A stretch of 64,000 nt of DNA from Azolla caroliniana (taxonomy: Eukaryota; Plantae; Polypodiophyta), in NCBI GenBank assembly GCA_043228905.1, contig JBHGNT010000013.1:9424001-9488000 (forward strand), read 5' to 3'. Shown piece by piece: positions 26,678 to 38,055 of the stretch; within the stretch, counting starts at the first letter, position 1, and every line of letters begins with the position of its first letter. The translations under genes were made by a program, and so were the position numbers. Below the pieces are notes generated by a model. It saw only the letters and a program-made list of their open reading frames with translations. It did no database searches and was not told the origin of the DNA.

Positions 26678-29600
26678 AAAATCCGGTAATGCCCATCAAA
26701 AGGACGATCGCCTCATGGGTAGCGATACCATGGGAGAACAAGATGAGCCGAGAAGAGTTATTAGCGGCACGGATAAGGCAACTTGAAAGAAGACCTGAAG
26801 ATTTAGAAAAAGCACGAAAGATGATGGAGGCAACCCGAGTGAAGAACAAAATTTAGTTCGACAAGACACATCGACTGTGTCCCAAGAAGATCGAAGAAGG
26901 AGATTGGGTATTGGTCTATGACAACAGCCTTGACAATCAACACAATACAACAAGAAAGTTTGCAAGAACATGGTTCAGATCGTATGTGGTGACAAGTGCC
27001 AATGATAATGCCACATACCACCTTGCGGAGCTAGACAGATCAAGGTTGGTCGTACCCATTGTAGGGAAAAGAGTAAAGATTTTCAAGAAAAGACAAGACG
27101 AGGATCCTGACCTCGATCACCTCGACGGTGAAGATAATAGGACAAATGTGAATGAGGACGTGGAAGAATTTGATTGATCACCATAGCCGAAATTTCGCAC
27201 TCTCTCTTCTTGGCACGTATCGGAGGATGTGCGGTTTGGTGGGGGTGGATGTCGTGAAGATTTTTGGCGATAGTGTGAAACTTGTGAGGAACATACGAAA
27301 TTGAGTGTGGTTCTTCTCACGAAATATAAAACAATAATAGTGAAAATACTATTTTAAATAAGTTTAATATCTTGGTACAAAAAGATGGAGGTCTTAAAGA
27401 GCTTTTGAATGCACTTTGCTACATAACAAACGATCAACTAAGTGTGAAGTTATGTGGGTATGAAGTTGTGAAAAAAGAAAAGAAAAACAAACCTGTGAGA
27501 TGTCCCACATAGATAGGACAAACAAGGATCCTACAATATATAAAGCAAAGCCAAAAGCTATTACTTTGTGTTTATGTGTGGAGCATAGAGAGTTCAAGGT
27601 GACTTGAACTAAGTTAATCAAATGAATGGGTGTGGCCAACCAAAACCAAACCGGCGGCAGCGACAATCGGTGACCGGTCGATGACGAAACCGGCTCGGGA
27701 TGCGAACCAAACGGGTGTAAATTGGACGGATCGGTTGATCGGGGTGCATGGTGTCTTAAAGATATTTGGTGCATGGTATTTGGCCAACCAAAACTGAACG
27801 GGTGGTAGTGGCAATCGGTGACCGGCCGATGACGGAACCGGCTCAGGATGCAGACCAAACGGGTGCAAATTGGACGGGTCGGTTGATCGCGGTGCATGGT
27901 GTCTTAAAGATATTTGGTGTAATTACAAGACCAAAATCCTAATAGTATTTTGTGCTTTAAAAAGGGATGTATTTTCACTTGAACATTGCACCTCCAAGTT
28001 TAGAGTCTATAGGCTTACCATTAAGCCAAATCATTTCTTTAGGGATATATTTTTTATCACTATACTTTTACATGTAATTCTCATACATGAGAGCTTAGAT
28101 GATGACATGGCAAGCATGCATTGCATGCATTCCGTGCATGTCTTGCACCCTCACATGCACCATATGCATGGGGGCATCTATAAAAGAGTGGAGGAATCAA
28201 GCAAGTGGGGACTAATGTAAATTTTGGGGAAAATAATAAGAAAACTCGTTATCCTATTGATATATCTTGTCTCTCAAATCTAAAGTCAAGCGTTCAATCT
28301 TTATCTTAATCTCTCTCTCTTTCAATCTATCTTAAATACTTTCTCACTAAAGCTAGTTCAAACTTCAAATCCTTCCGGTCTAGGACCCCGGTGGTTCCGC
28401 CTCACGATCCGCACCTAGTGACGGATCTTCACGACACAGGATTATGAGATTCTTTTGACGGGCGGATCAATGCAACTTCTAGTTCACCGATTTCGTGGCC
28501 CTCTCGGCCGACTTCAACCTCGTTTTCGGGGGTCCCTCCTTGCTTCTAGCCGTGTCGGATTCACTTCGATCCAACATTTCAGCCTCAATGCCATATTCCG
28601 GCATCTTCATCTTCCCTTTTTCCTTGCACGTAAATTGTCTCCTTGATTTCTGGCGTGGGGACTGCATGGCCGAGTCTCCACTACTCACCAGCTCTTCATC
28701 CGACTAGTTCGTTTGACTCAGTCGTTCATTCCACACACTTAGCCGAAATGAGATCAAACTCTCTTCTAGAGTTCTGATTTCCTCTTCATCAAGGGGCATC
28801 TTGGCCTCACTGGCCTCATCCTCTGAATTCAAAATGGAGTGGATGGGAGTTGGAGATGGAGACACGTACCATGAAGTCGACTCGTCGAAAACAACATCTC
28901 GGCTTACTCTGACATCTTTCGTGTGGGGGTTATAACACTTATAACCCTTCTGCTCATCTGAGTAGCCGACCAAGATACATTTTTCAGCTTTCGCGTCTAG
29001 CTTCCTCCGCTTTTCCTTCGGCACATGCACGTATGCAACGCTACCGAAAACCCTCAAGTTTGCCAAATTTGGCTTCTTCTCAAAGTACATCTCGTGTGGC
29101 GACACTCCTCCATTTACAAAAGTTCAATTCTGTAGGTATACCGCCAACCTGACAGCTTCGGCCCAATAGAATTTTGGCATATGCTTCTCCTCAACAATTT
29201 CCCTAGTCGTTTCTTCGATCATCTGATTCTTCCTCTCAGACACAATGTTCTGTTGTGGCTTGTATCTGTAGGAGAATTCACATCGAGTTCCATCCTTTTG
29301 TAGATAGCTAGAGAACTAGTCGAAAAAATACTCTTTCCCGCCATCAAACTTTAGGCACTTGATTTTCCAGTCCGTCTCCCATTTAGAAAGGCTCATCACC
29401 TTTAAGAAACAGGAGAAGACTTTGCTTTTCTTCTCGATCAAGCATGCCCAAGTGTGTGGAGTGTAATCATCGATGAAGGTTACAAAGTAACGACTTCCAT
29501 CGATACTCACGTTTTGCATCAGTCCCCATACATCCGAGTGGATCAAATCGAGCTTGTTTCAGCTCCGATTTCTTTAATTTGGGAACGGAAGTCGGTGATG

Positions 29601-31997
29601 CTTCCCTAATTGGCATGCTTCGCAGACTTGGCCATTTTGGCCAATGAGTTTCGACAAGCTGAAAATGATGTTTTTCGTCTGCATCTCTCGAAGCCGTGGG
29701 AAGTTGACGTGGCCAAATCGCTTGTGCCACAAGTCAATGTCCGATTTGACTTTTTCCCCTTGGCGAACATAACAATGCCTACGTCATTCGTTTCGAAGAT
29801 GAACATCCTCCCTTCTTGTCGCCCTTGCACGATGATCCTGCCTTCTTCTTCAATGAAGCATCTGAGATGAGTAAATCAAACTTGCATGCCTTGGTCAACA
29901 ATCTGTCCGACCGACACCAAATTCTTGGTGATTGTGGGCACATGCAAGACATTTCTCATGGTTCCCTTCTGTCCGACATGGCTCAGAGGGACATCTCCGA
30001 TGTGTTCGATGGGGTGAGGGGTGTCATCGCCATTTTCGACGACCCTTGGTTTCTCCGGCTTCTCTAGAGTCGAGAACCACTCCCTGTGATTCGTCATGTG
30101 GTTCAACGAGCCCAAATCCACATACCACACCTCGTTCGACCTTGAGGTGTTCACCGCCATTGAGTTGGCTTTGTGCCTCATCACGAAGGCTGGGCCCGTT
30201 TCGTCTTGCCCTAAGCCTTTGGCGTAGTGCGATCTTTGATGCCTATCCGCATCTCCTCAGCTCAATCCGGCCTTGTCCAAATGGGCTCACTTTTTCGAGC
30301 ACTCTCTCTCTCTATGGCCCTTCCGGCCACAATACCAACAATCCGTCTCGGCCTTTCCTTGACAACCTCCGGCGCCGCCTTGACTCCCCCTACCTGTGGA
30401 GTGTCCAGAACCGTTGTCGGCATTTCGATTATGCCTCGAATTCTGCTCCTATCGGCCACTCCCATTACGCGCTGACCCACCTCATCCACCACGACCATGG
30501 GGCCGATCCGCCTCGTATACAACATCTTGGTGCTAGTGTGCATACTTGTCGACGCACCCGAGTGGTTTTCTTGTACGAGCAACATCGATTGTAGCATGAA
30601 AAATGAAGGGGTATTCTCCCTTGGGCAGACCGCCGTTCGGAATGCTCCGAACTTTGACATCAACCCTCTAAGGCAAACCTGCACCATTTTATCCTCCTCG
30701 ACGTTCACGTCGACAAAGGCGAGAGATTCACAAATCTCCTTGATTTTGGAGGTGTAGTCAGCCACTAACATGTCTCTTTGTCAGACATTGCTCAGCTCCT
30801 GTCTGAGTTGAAGCTTTCTAGCTATGGTGCTCGCGGCGAAAATCTTCTTCAAATTTCCCCAAGCATCCTTCGACGTCCTAGCATCCCGAATGTAGCTCAA
30901 AAGTTGATCGCTCACACAGGATGCAAAGCAGTAGAGAACTCGGCTTGATGCCTGTTCCCAGGCCGGGAAATCTTTATGTGTCGACTTGGGTGTTGCATCA
31001 TTAACTCCTTCGACGTAACTCCAATAACTGTGCCTGAGCAGGTACTGGTGCATCTTGTATGACCAAGATGCATAGTTGCTCCTATCGAGCTTTTCAGTCG
31101 GACGCGAGCATCCTATTCCTGTCTTTTCTTTTCCGAAGAACGAGAAACTTGACTCTATCTTGTGCGCTTGCTTTTCGGTCGGCTATAGAGGAGTCTCAAG
31201 CCTCGCACTCTGATACCATGTAAAAGAATACGTGTGCGGAAGCGTGGGCGATAAACACTGAGTACACAATTGGTTTCGGAAACTCAACAGTGAGGTAAAC
31301 ATAGAGAATGGTGTTAGAGAGAGAGACAGAGAGAGCAGACAGCAACTTCTATTCTGAATAATGAACACTCTGTACATACGATGTGCTTAGTGAGCACTTT
31401 TTATCCAAGCCCCTGACGAGTGGGCTCACACAAGTACCGTCAGTACTTGAATGCTCATAAGTGAGCCTGACACTAATTTTGCCTACAATATTCCTATCTA
31501 CCATAATAGGAATATAGACCTTCAACAACCTTTTTGGAATTCTTCCGATTGGGCCCACCCCACTTGAATTTTCTTCGATTCAGCTCCCAACTCTCGGCCC
31601 TCGGCTCTTGGCTCTTGGCCCTCGGCTTCTTCAGCCGATTTTGTCCATGTTGAGCTTGTCTCTCAATAATATCTATGAAAGTTGAAGGGAGTACTAATGT
31701 GACAAAAAAAGTTTTGGAGCAAGTGGAAATTCCTTCTTCAATGAAGTGTTATCTTGCCTATTAGCAATTCAACATGTTCCACAACCCGTGCAATTTTTGG
31801 GTGTCTATATTCGCTCCATTGTGACACTCATTGCAAATAATGATTGTTCATATACATAATTGCGTGTTTCCACAAAAAAAAAGAAAAAAAAGAGGGAGGA
31901 GATAGAGAGAGAGAAATATTATAGTTTGTAAGGTTGCCCATTAGAGACCAGAAGGTCATAGGTTCAACCCTTACATTTCGCAATGGCATCTAGTAAA

Positions 31998-32001
<4 letters not shown>

Positions 32002-32028
<27 letters not shown>
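32002..32028. repeat. (AT)n microsatellite upstream of GCP3
   Basis: Run of about 13 AT units. Confidence 0.85.
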
Positions 32029-32532
32029 GGACTAGTTACAAAGTTAGTAGAGAAGTGAGATACTCAGGTTTCGAACGCAAGAGGTAGTGAAAATAGCCTA
32101 AGAAAACATACTAACCACTAAAGTTGCTTCATTTTGAATCACTTTGTTGTTTAGTAGAAGAAGGACGGGAAGAAGAGCATCTCCAAAAATCTCCAAATCT
32201 CCTTCTCCCCTTCTTCTTCTTCTCCTGTGCTCTGCTCTGCTCTGCTGCTGGCGTGTCACATGATTCAAACGTAGTTCGCGGGCGGGATGATGGATCGAGC
32301 TGCTGAAGCCGCAACTGCCTTTCGCCGTGGCGGGGGGGGCGCGTGAGAAAGAGAAAGAGAAAGAGAGATATTGGTAGGGAGAGAATCAGAGCAGACACAG
32401 GCAAACAAACACACAGAGCTGAAATGGAAGCAGAGCAAGAAGGTTAAACAGAGTGCATAAGCAGAAACAGAAACAGAAACAGAAACAGAGTGCAGAAGCA
32501 CAGTAGAATCCCTCTCCCCCAGAGATCTGGCA

Positions 32533-35356
32533 ATGGAGGGCGAGGAAATATCAGGACTTGTGAGGGAGCTCGTCTCTCGGCTTCTTCCCAACAAGTCTGA
32601 ACTTCCTCCACCCACTCCTCACATCAACAACAACAACAACCTTTCTTCATCAGATCGAGATCGAGATCGAGTTGATGATATAGCTGAACGAGCATACCAC
32701 TATGCCATCCGCATCTTCGGGAGCCGCATTGCCCCTTCTGTCACCAAGGATGAAGCCGCAACTGCAGAGGCCATCAAACGCCAGCTGGTTCTTCAAGGTA
32801 GGTCGTCTGATGCCCTCACCTTCGCTGATTTGTATAGAAGATTCTCTGCTCAGGCTGGAACAGGTTGCATTGAGAACAAATGGGCCCTGCTCTATGTCCT
32901 TCGTGCCCTCTCCGAAGATCAAAGAAGAGAAAAATCTGAAACTAGAGGCATGGCTGGCTCTCTAACAGCCACACTCTCTGGACCTGCTATCCATGGAGCC
33001 CTTCAAACCCTCCCAGCTCCATCTGGAAGGTCATTTCCATGCGATTCTAGCATCGTTGTTAGCAATGGAAGAAACCATCAGATCTTGGACCACACCCGGA
33101 TTCCTCCTGGGGGCGTCTTAGTCCTCTCTAAAGATTCAACTAATCTCAGAGCTTCAGCCATCCAGGAATATGTAGAAATTTGCCAAGAAGAATCAGACAT
33201 TACTGAAGGGGCTCTTGTCCGAGATGTCTTGTATGCTTGTCAAGGCATCGATGGTAGATATGTGAAATTCGAGAAAGAGATTGATGGTTATGCTATCGAT
33301 GATGCTTTCAAGGTTCCCAAGGCTATTCAACTACTTGTTAGAAGACTATGCGAGGTTGGTTGGCTATTCAAACGCATTCAAGGCCATATAAATGAAAGCC
33401 TCAAACAAGGTCCAATGGAGGTAATAGGCACTGTTGGCCATGCCTTTTGTGCCTCCTTACAAGAGGAGCTTAGTGATTACTACCGATTGATGGCTGTCCT
33501 TGAAGCTCAGATACATAACCCTATCCCAGTTATGCAAGAAGGTAATAAAACGGTGAATTATCTGTCCTTGCGCCGCCTCATGGTGTGGCTCGCCGAGCCT
33601 TTGGTTCGAATGAGGCTGTTAGCTGTCCTAATCGATGATTGTAAGAATCTCAAAGGAGGAGCAATGGCTGGTGCAATCCACCTTCATGCACAACATGGTG
33701 ATCCACTTGTTCGTGGTATTATGGCTAGGCTTCTTCGCAAGGTTTGTTCTCCTTTATTCGAAATGGTGAGAAGATGGGTACTTGAAGGGGAGCTTGATGA
33801 TTTGTATCAGGAGTTCTTTGTTATAGGCCAACCTGTTAAAGCCGAAGCATTGTGGCGAGAGGGGTATCAACTACAAGGTAATATGCTTCCCACCTTCATT
33901 CCAGAGTCTTTAGCCCAAAGTATACTTCGGACGGGGAAATCAATCAATTTTTTAAGAGTCTGTTGTGAGGATAATGGATGGGAAGAAGCAGCCGCAGAGG
34001 CTGTTGCAGCAGCTGGAACCTCTGGTGATCGAGGAGGGTTGGGCTATGGAGAAACAGAGGCATTGGAAGTGATGGTTATGGAAGCAGCTCGGAGGATCGA
34101 TAGACATTTAATAAAAATAATGTATGAACGATACAAGTTCCGAGAACATTGCTTGGCCATCAAAAGGTATTTATTGCTTGGGCAAGGTGACTTCATTCAG
34201 TACCTTATGGATCTTGTTGGTCCTGACCTTTCTCAGCCAGCAAATACTGTGAGCTCTTTCAAGCTTTCAGGCCTTCTGGAAAGTGCTATTCGAGCTTCAA
34301 ATGCGCAATATGATGATGGTGATGTTCTAGACAGGTTGAGGGTGAAAATGATGCCCTACAATGATGGAGATAGGGGATGGGATGTGTTCTCATTGGAATA
34401 CATTTTGCGAGATCCATTAAACACCATATTTACCGAAGTCGTGATCAGCAACTACCTGAGAATCTTTAATTTCTTGTGGAGGCTGAAACGTGTTGAACAT
34501 GCATTAAGTGCTACATGGCAAACAATGAAACCGAATTGCTCATTGGCAAGAATTTATACGCCCTCAGGCCATGGTGAAAAATCCCATATGGTTGCAGTTT
34601 TGAGAAGGTGCCAAACTCTTAGAAATGAAATGAACCATTTTGTAACTAATCTACAATATTACATCATGTTCGAGGTCTTGGAATATTCATGGGCAAAATT
34701 CTTGGAAGAGATGGAAGATGCCCAAGATCTAGATGATCTCATTAAGGCACATGAGAATTATTTGGTGTCCATTCTCGAGAAAGCCCTACTTGGGGAAAGG
34801 TCAAAGCTCTTATGCAAAACGCTGTTCAGTTTGTTTGATTTGATTCTTCGGTTTAGGGGACTAGCAGATCGGCTCTATGAAAATATAAGAGCTGTTCAAG
34901 GAAGGTAAGAAATCTCACTGATATGTTGGTTTTCTACATTAATATTTTAAAAGATCTAAAGCATTGTAAAAATCTCTATGAGGTGGTAGTTTTCTAAATG
35001 ACTTCTATTTTCAAGGATCTAAAGCATTGTTGATGTGCAGGAGTGACATTTCTGTGAGGAAAAAGGTTGGGAAAAATGCTGGCTTAGGTAGTACTATGGG
35101 GAGGAAATCAGCAAACTTAGAATCTACCATTGAGTTTCTTAAAGGTATGGGTGAGGAGATGGATGGGATAGCATCAGAATACTCGGTTTTGCTCGAAGGT
35201 TTTATAGCTCAGCTTCCAGTTCAGCAACATGTTGATTTGAAATTCCTTTCATTCCGTTTGGACTTCTCAGAGTTCTATCTCCGACAGCATATAAGCATGT
35301 CCACGGCTCCCTTGAAGCTCAAGCGAGCCCCTATAAATGTGTCAAGGCTGTCTTGA
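32533..35356 (+). CDS. GCP3: Gamma-tubulin complex component 3 (Spc98 homolog), join(32533..34904,35041..35356), about 895 aa
   Basis: Intact ORF with GRIP/Spc97-Spc98 motifs: LVRDVLYACQGIDG, LCEVGWLF, HGDP, ILRTGKSINFLRVCC, AIKRYLLLGQGDF, GWDVFSLEY, NLQYYIMFEVLE, and C-terminal LKFLSFRLDFSEFY. A GT-AG intron keeps the frame (AG|G = Arg). Confidence 0.93.
34905..35040 (+). other. 136-nt GT-AG intron of GCP3
   Basis: AG|GTAAGA donor and TGCAG| acceptor; splicing restores the conserved C-terminus. Confidence 0.85.
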
Positions 35357-36499
35357 TGCTACCTGACTTTTTGTAATGTTTTCCCTCATATTCATATGCT
35401 CGTTCTACGTAGTCATTTGTTGTATTTGTGCTACTTATGGGATGAATCTTTTTACAAATTCATATAGAAAAACGGTGACTTGCGTCTCGACTGTTTTTAT
35501 GTCACTGCTGATAGTGTATTGCCATTTGTTCAATTTGTTTATTCTTATTTCCAGATTGAAGTGCAAAATGATAATAGTACTAGTGCGTCTCTGTCTTCTA
35601 TGTGGTACTGAATATAATATCATGTTTATTTAAATGATTTGATACGGGCACCATCTCTCAATGTTATCAGCCAAGTTTTAGTGCATTATAATGAAATCCA
35701 TAATTCATAAATTTACTGTTTTGTTTCTTATATTGTTGCAAACTACCACCACTAATGGCTGGCAATAGGATTCGAGCTGTCCACTTATTATCAATTGATT
35801 TGTTTCTCAATTGCAGCAAACGACAATCATAGATGGCTGGCATGGGGACTCGATCTGTTCATGTTATTCCTGTATCAGTAACGTTAAGTGACAACTGAAA
35901 AAAAGTAGCACACCATTAGTTTTCTTGAACTTCATATTGTTAGATAATTATAGTGTAGTAGATGTTTGTGGCTAGTTGAGTTAACATAGTTGCAAATGGC
36001 AACATGGAGATGTGCATAAGGGTATAATGTATGAAGCATGAGAAATATGCATGGAACTAAAACTCTAACCAAGTGATGCATCCAAGCAATTGATCATGCT
36101 ATTAATAGTGCTGATGTTGCACACATTTCTAATAGGCAACTAATTCATACCAAGAACAATCTAGTCACACCGTCTTCACCAAGTCTTATGAAAGGAACAT
36201 TGGTGCTTTAGTTTTCTAAATGATGTAAAGGGTTCATTTGGTGGAAATTTGGTAATAGGGTAACATCACATTGCTAATCCTACATGCAAATTTAGAAATG
36301 AGTTGATTTAGGTTTTTGTCCATAGATAGAAAAAGTTTGGTTCCATCTTAGAAAGGAAGAAAGAAAGATATTAACATCCTTTAAGATGCCAGAATGGTCT
36401 ATAAGACCAAACGAGAGATTACATCTGAAGTGTTGACTTGGCATTGAGAACAACAAATCAAAGTAATAAATGTTGTTACTAAGAAGAAAAGAAGAAGTA

Positions 36500-37790
36500 A
36501 ATAAGATTAAAAGAGAGTAAGGAATCTTGTTATCGACATGTACGATTCTCAAGTCAGATATATTGTAATTTTTGTCTTTGAAAGGTCTCTAGCATATGTC
36601 CATCCAAAATGGAGAGGTCTATGAAGCAAGGGAAGTACGTACGATGGTGGGAGATAATGGTCTTTATCTAACAATGACAAGGGTGGTGAGATCGTGGTAA
36701 CCACTTTGTTATGCCTTGATCGGGAGCCCATTTGTGTAGCCCTTGATGGACTTCTAGCATTAGTAGGGGTGATGGGGCTAAGGAAAGTTGTGATTGTTCT
36801 TTGTAGATAAGCTTGTGTGGTTGTACTGTTGTCCTTCAACAACTTTTTCATGTGTCTCTTGAGTTCTAGCAAGAGAAGTACCAAGCACCGTTGGTCCTTA
36901 TATTCCATTACCTTGTATAGTGGACCAAAGCCTTGTTGAAAGAGGCAATGGTATCTCACTCTTATTTCAGAAAAGGCATATAGTGACAAAACATAGTGTT
37001 ATTTGGTTTCCACTCCTTGATGACACAATTGGCGAATTCTTTCTTCTTGAGGTATTCATGTATATTTACCCACCTCAATCTCTAAGTAATGTTATGAAGT
37101 ACACAAATGCCCTATCACAATTGCGCCATGCATAGGATAGATGTATGTCCATATAAGATGGCTTGATGATGAATCCATCCTAGCCATCTTTGTACCAAGT
37201 GATATTTTGGGGACAATCCATGTTATCTTGTTTTTCCCAGTTAATAATATCACTTCAGATCACTTTATTCTTTTCCAATTTGGTCATGTTTAGATGGGAA
37301 CAATCCAAGGTATATTGGAATGGGGGTACTGCATTTATGTGTATGCCATGTGACGTGAACCATTGTTGTATTTCAACAGGGCAACAATGATTGTCTCCAT
37401 GTTCATCAAGTTGTCTTGATGACATAAGTGCCAATCTTGAGTACCTTCTTTTAAGGAGCTCCCAAAGTCGTTGGATACAGGTCATTGATCGGAATAATGC
37501 CTTAATAATTATGGGGGTTGCTCCCACCTTTGCCTACATTATATCATAGGGCACCGATGTTTTGTTTCTTATCTTGTGGGCAATCATTGACACTCAAGGT
37601 CTCTCTAAATATTTCTAGTTATTTTCTTTGTTAATACTCAATCCCACATTTATACTCCATATAGAAGAATTGTTGTCACAAGTGTATCAAATATCCACAA
37701 TTTAGTTTGTGGCATTTGGAATTGCAAATGTGCACATTGTCTTTCGAGGGCACCAATTTTACATAATAACTATAACTCATCATGAGATAG
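36500..37790 (-). mobile_element. 5'-truncated degenerate LINE (RTE-like), C-terminal part of the RT ORF
   Basis: Minus-strand fragments TKLWIFDTLVTTILLYGV*MW, KVGATPIIIKALF..RYSRLALMSSRQL, PSYMDIHLSY and EIRVRYHCLF resemble non-LTR RT thumb/C-terminal regions. Confidence 0.6.
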
Positions 37791-38055
37791 GTTTCCAATA
37801 GTTTTCCCTAATTTTATGATGAGTACATGTGGGTTAATTTTGAAAGGAAAGAGATTATGAATTGTAATATTCAATTCTACGGTGGGATAACTATTAAATG
37901 TGTTATCACTTCACCACTTCACATAAAGTAGTCAATTGTGAACACACTAGGGGTTTAGGGTTTCTGCCTATATAAGAAGGCTAGGCACCTTCTTTATAAG
38001 AGTCTTGACTTATGTTGGGACTATGACAGTGTCATTATGGCTCTTGTTAACTAAG

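Larger units (their letters stand above)
23093..27177 (+). pseudogene. RT-RNase H-integrase (pol) of element F, disrupted
   Basis: PWNLKPIP, LRFIQDLQPVN, DLYSGYDQ, LPQG, FLDD (RT); VDTSPTGIG..ELWG (RH); H..AGHRG..CETC, VDL, AYNPEANG (INT). Interrupted by solo LTR G. Confidence 0.9.
19897..28436 (+). mobile_element. Full-length degenerate Ty3/Gypsy element F (tRNA-Trp PBS, non-chromovirus, Phygy/Selgy-like) inserted in Copia A
   Basis: LTRs 19897-20848 and 27250-28436 (TGTCGTGAAG..TTCACGACA). PBS tggtgaacccaacgtga near 20857. Domain order gag-PR-RT-RH-INT. G-rich tract before the 3' LTR. Confidence 0.92.
17383..31668 (-). mobile_element. Ty1/Copia element A, degenerate; host of the left nest
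   Basis: 5' LTR 31219-31668; tRNA-iMet PBS TGGTATCAGAG at 31208-31218; gag 30262-31100; PR (WYVDLGSLNHMT); INT (IHSDVWG, KCILVGYS) 28704-29830; RT/RH 18138-19874 (ALSSTEAEY, KHIEVHYHFV); PPT 17667-17677; partial 3' LTR 17383-17666. Confidence 0.9.

Noticed and set aside
26178-26786. ORFs with 18-aa repeats (also 62406-62858)
   Set aside because: By-product of a stop-free 54-bp tandem repeat inside LTRs, open in several frames.
31930-32120. tRNA/SINE-like fragments (ggttcaaccc B-box-like)
   Set aside because: No complete cloverleaf, A-box or TSD could be established.
35027-35356. Separate 109-aa gene
   Set aside because: It is exon 2 of GCP3.
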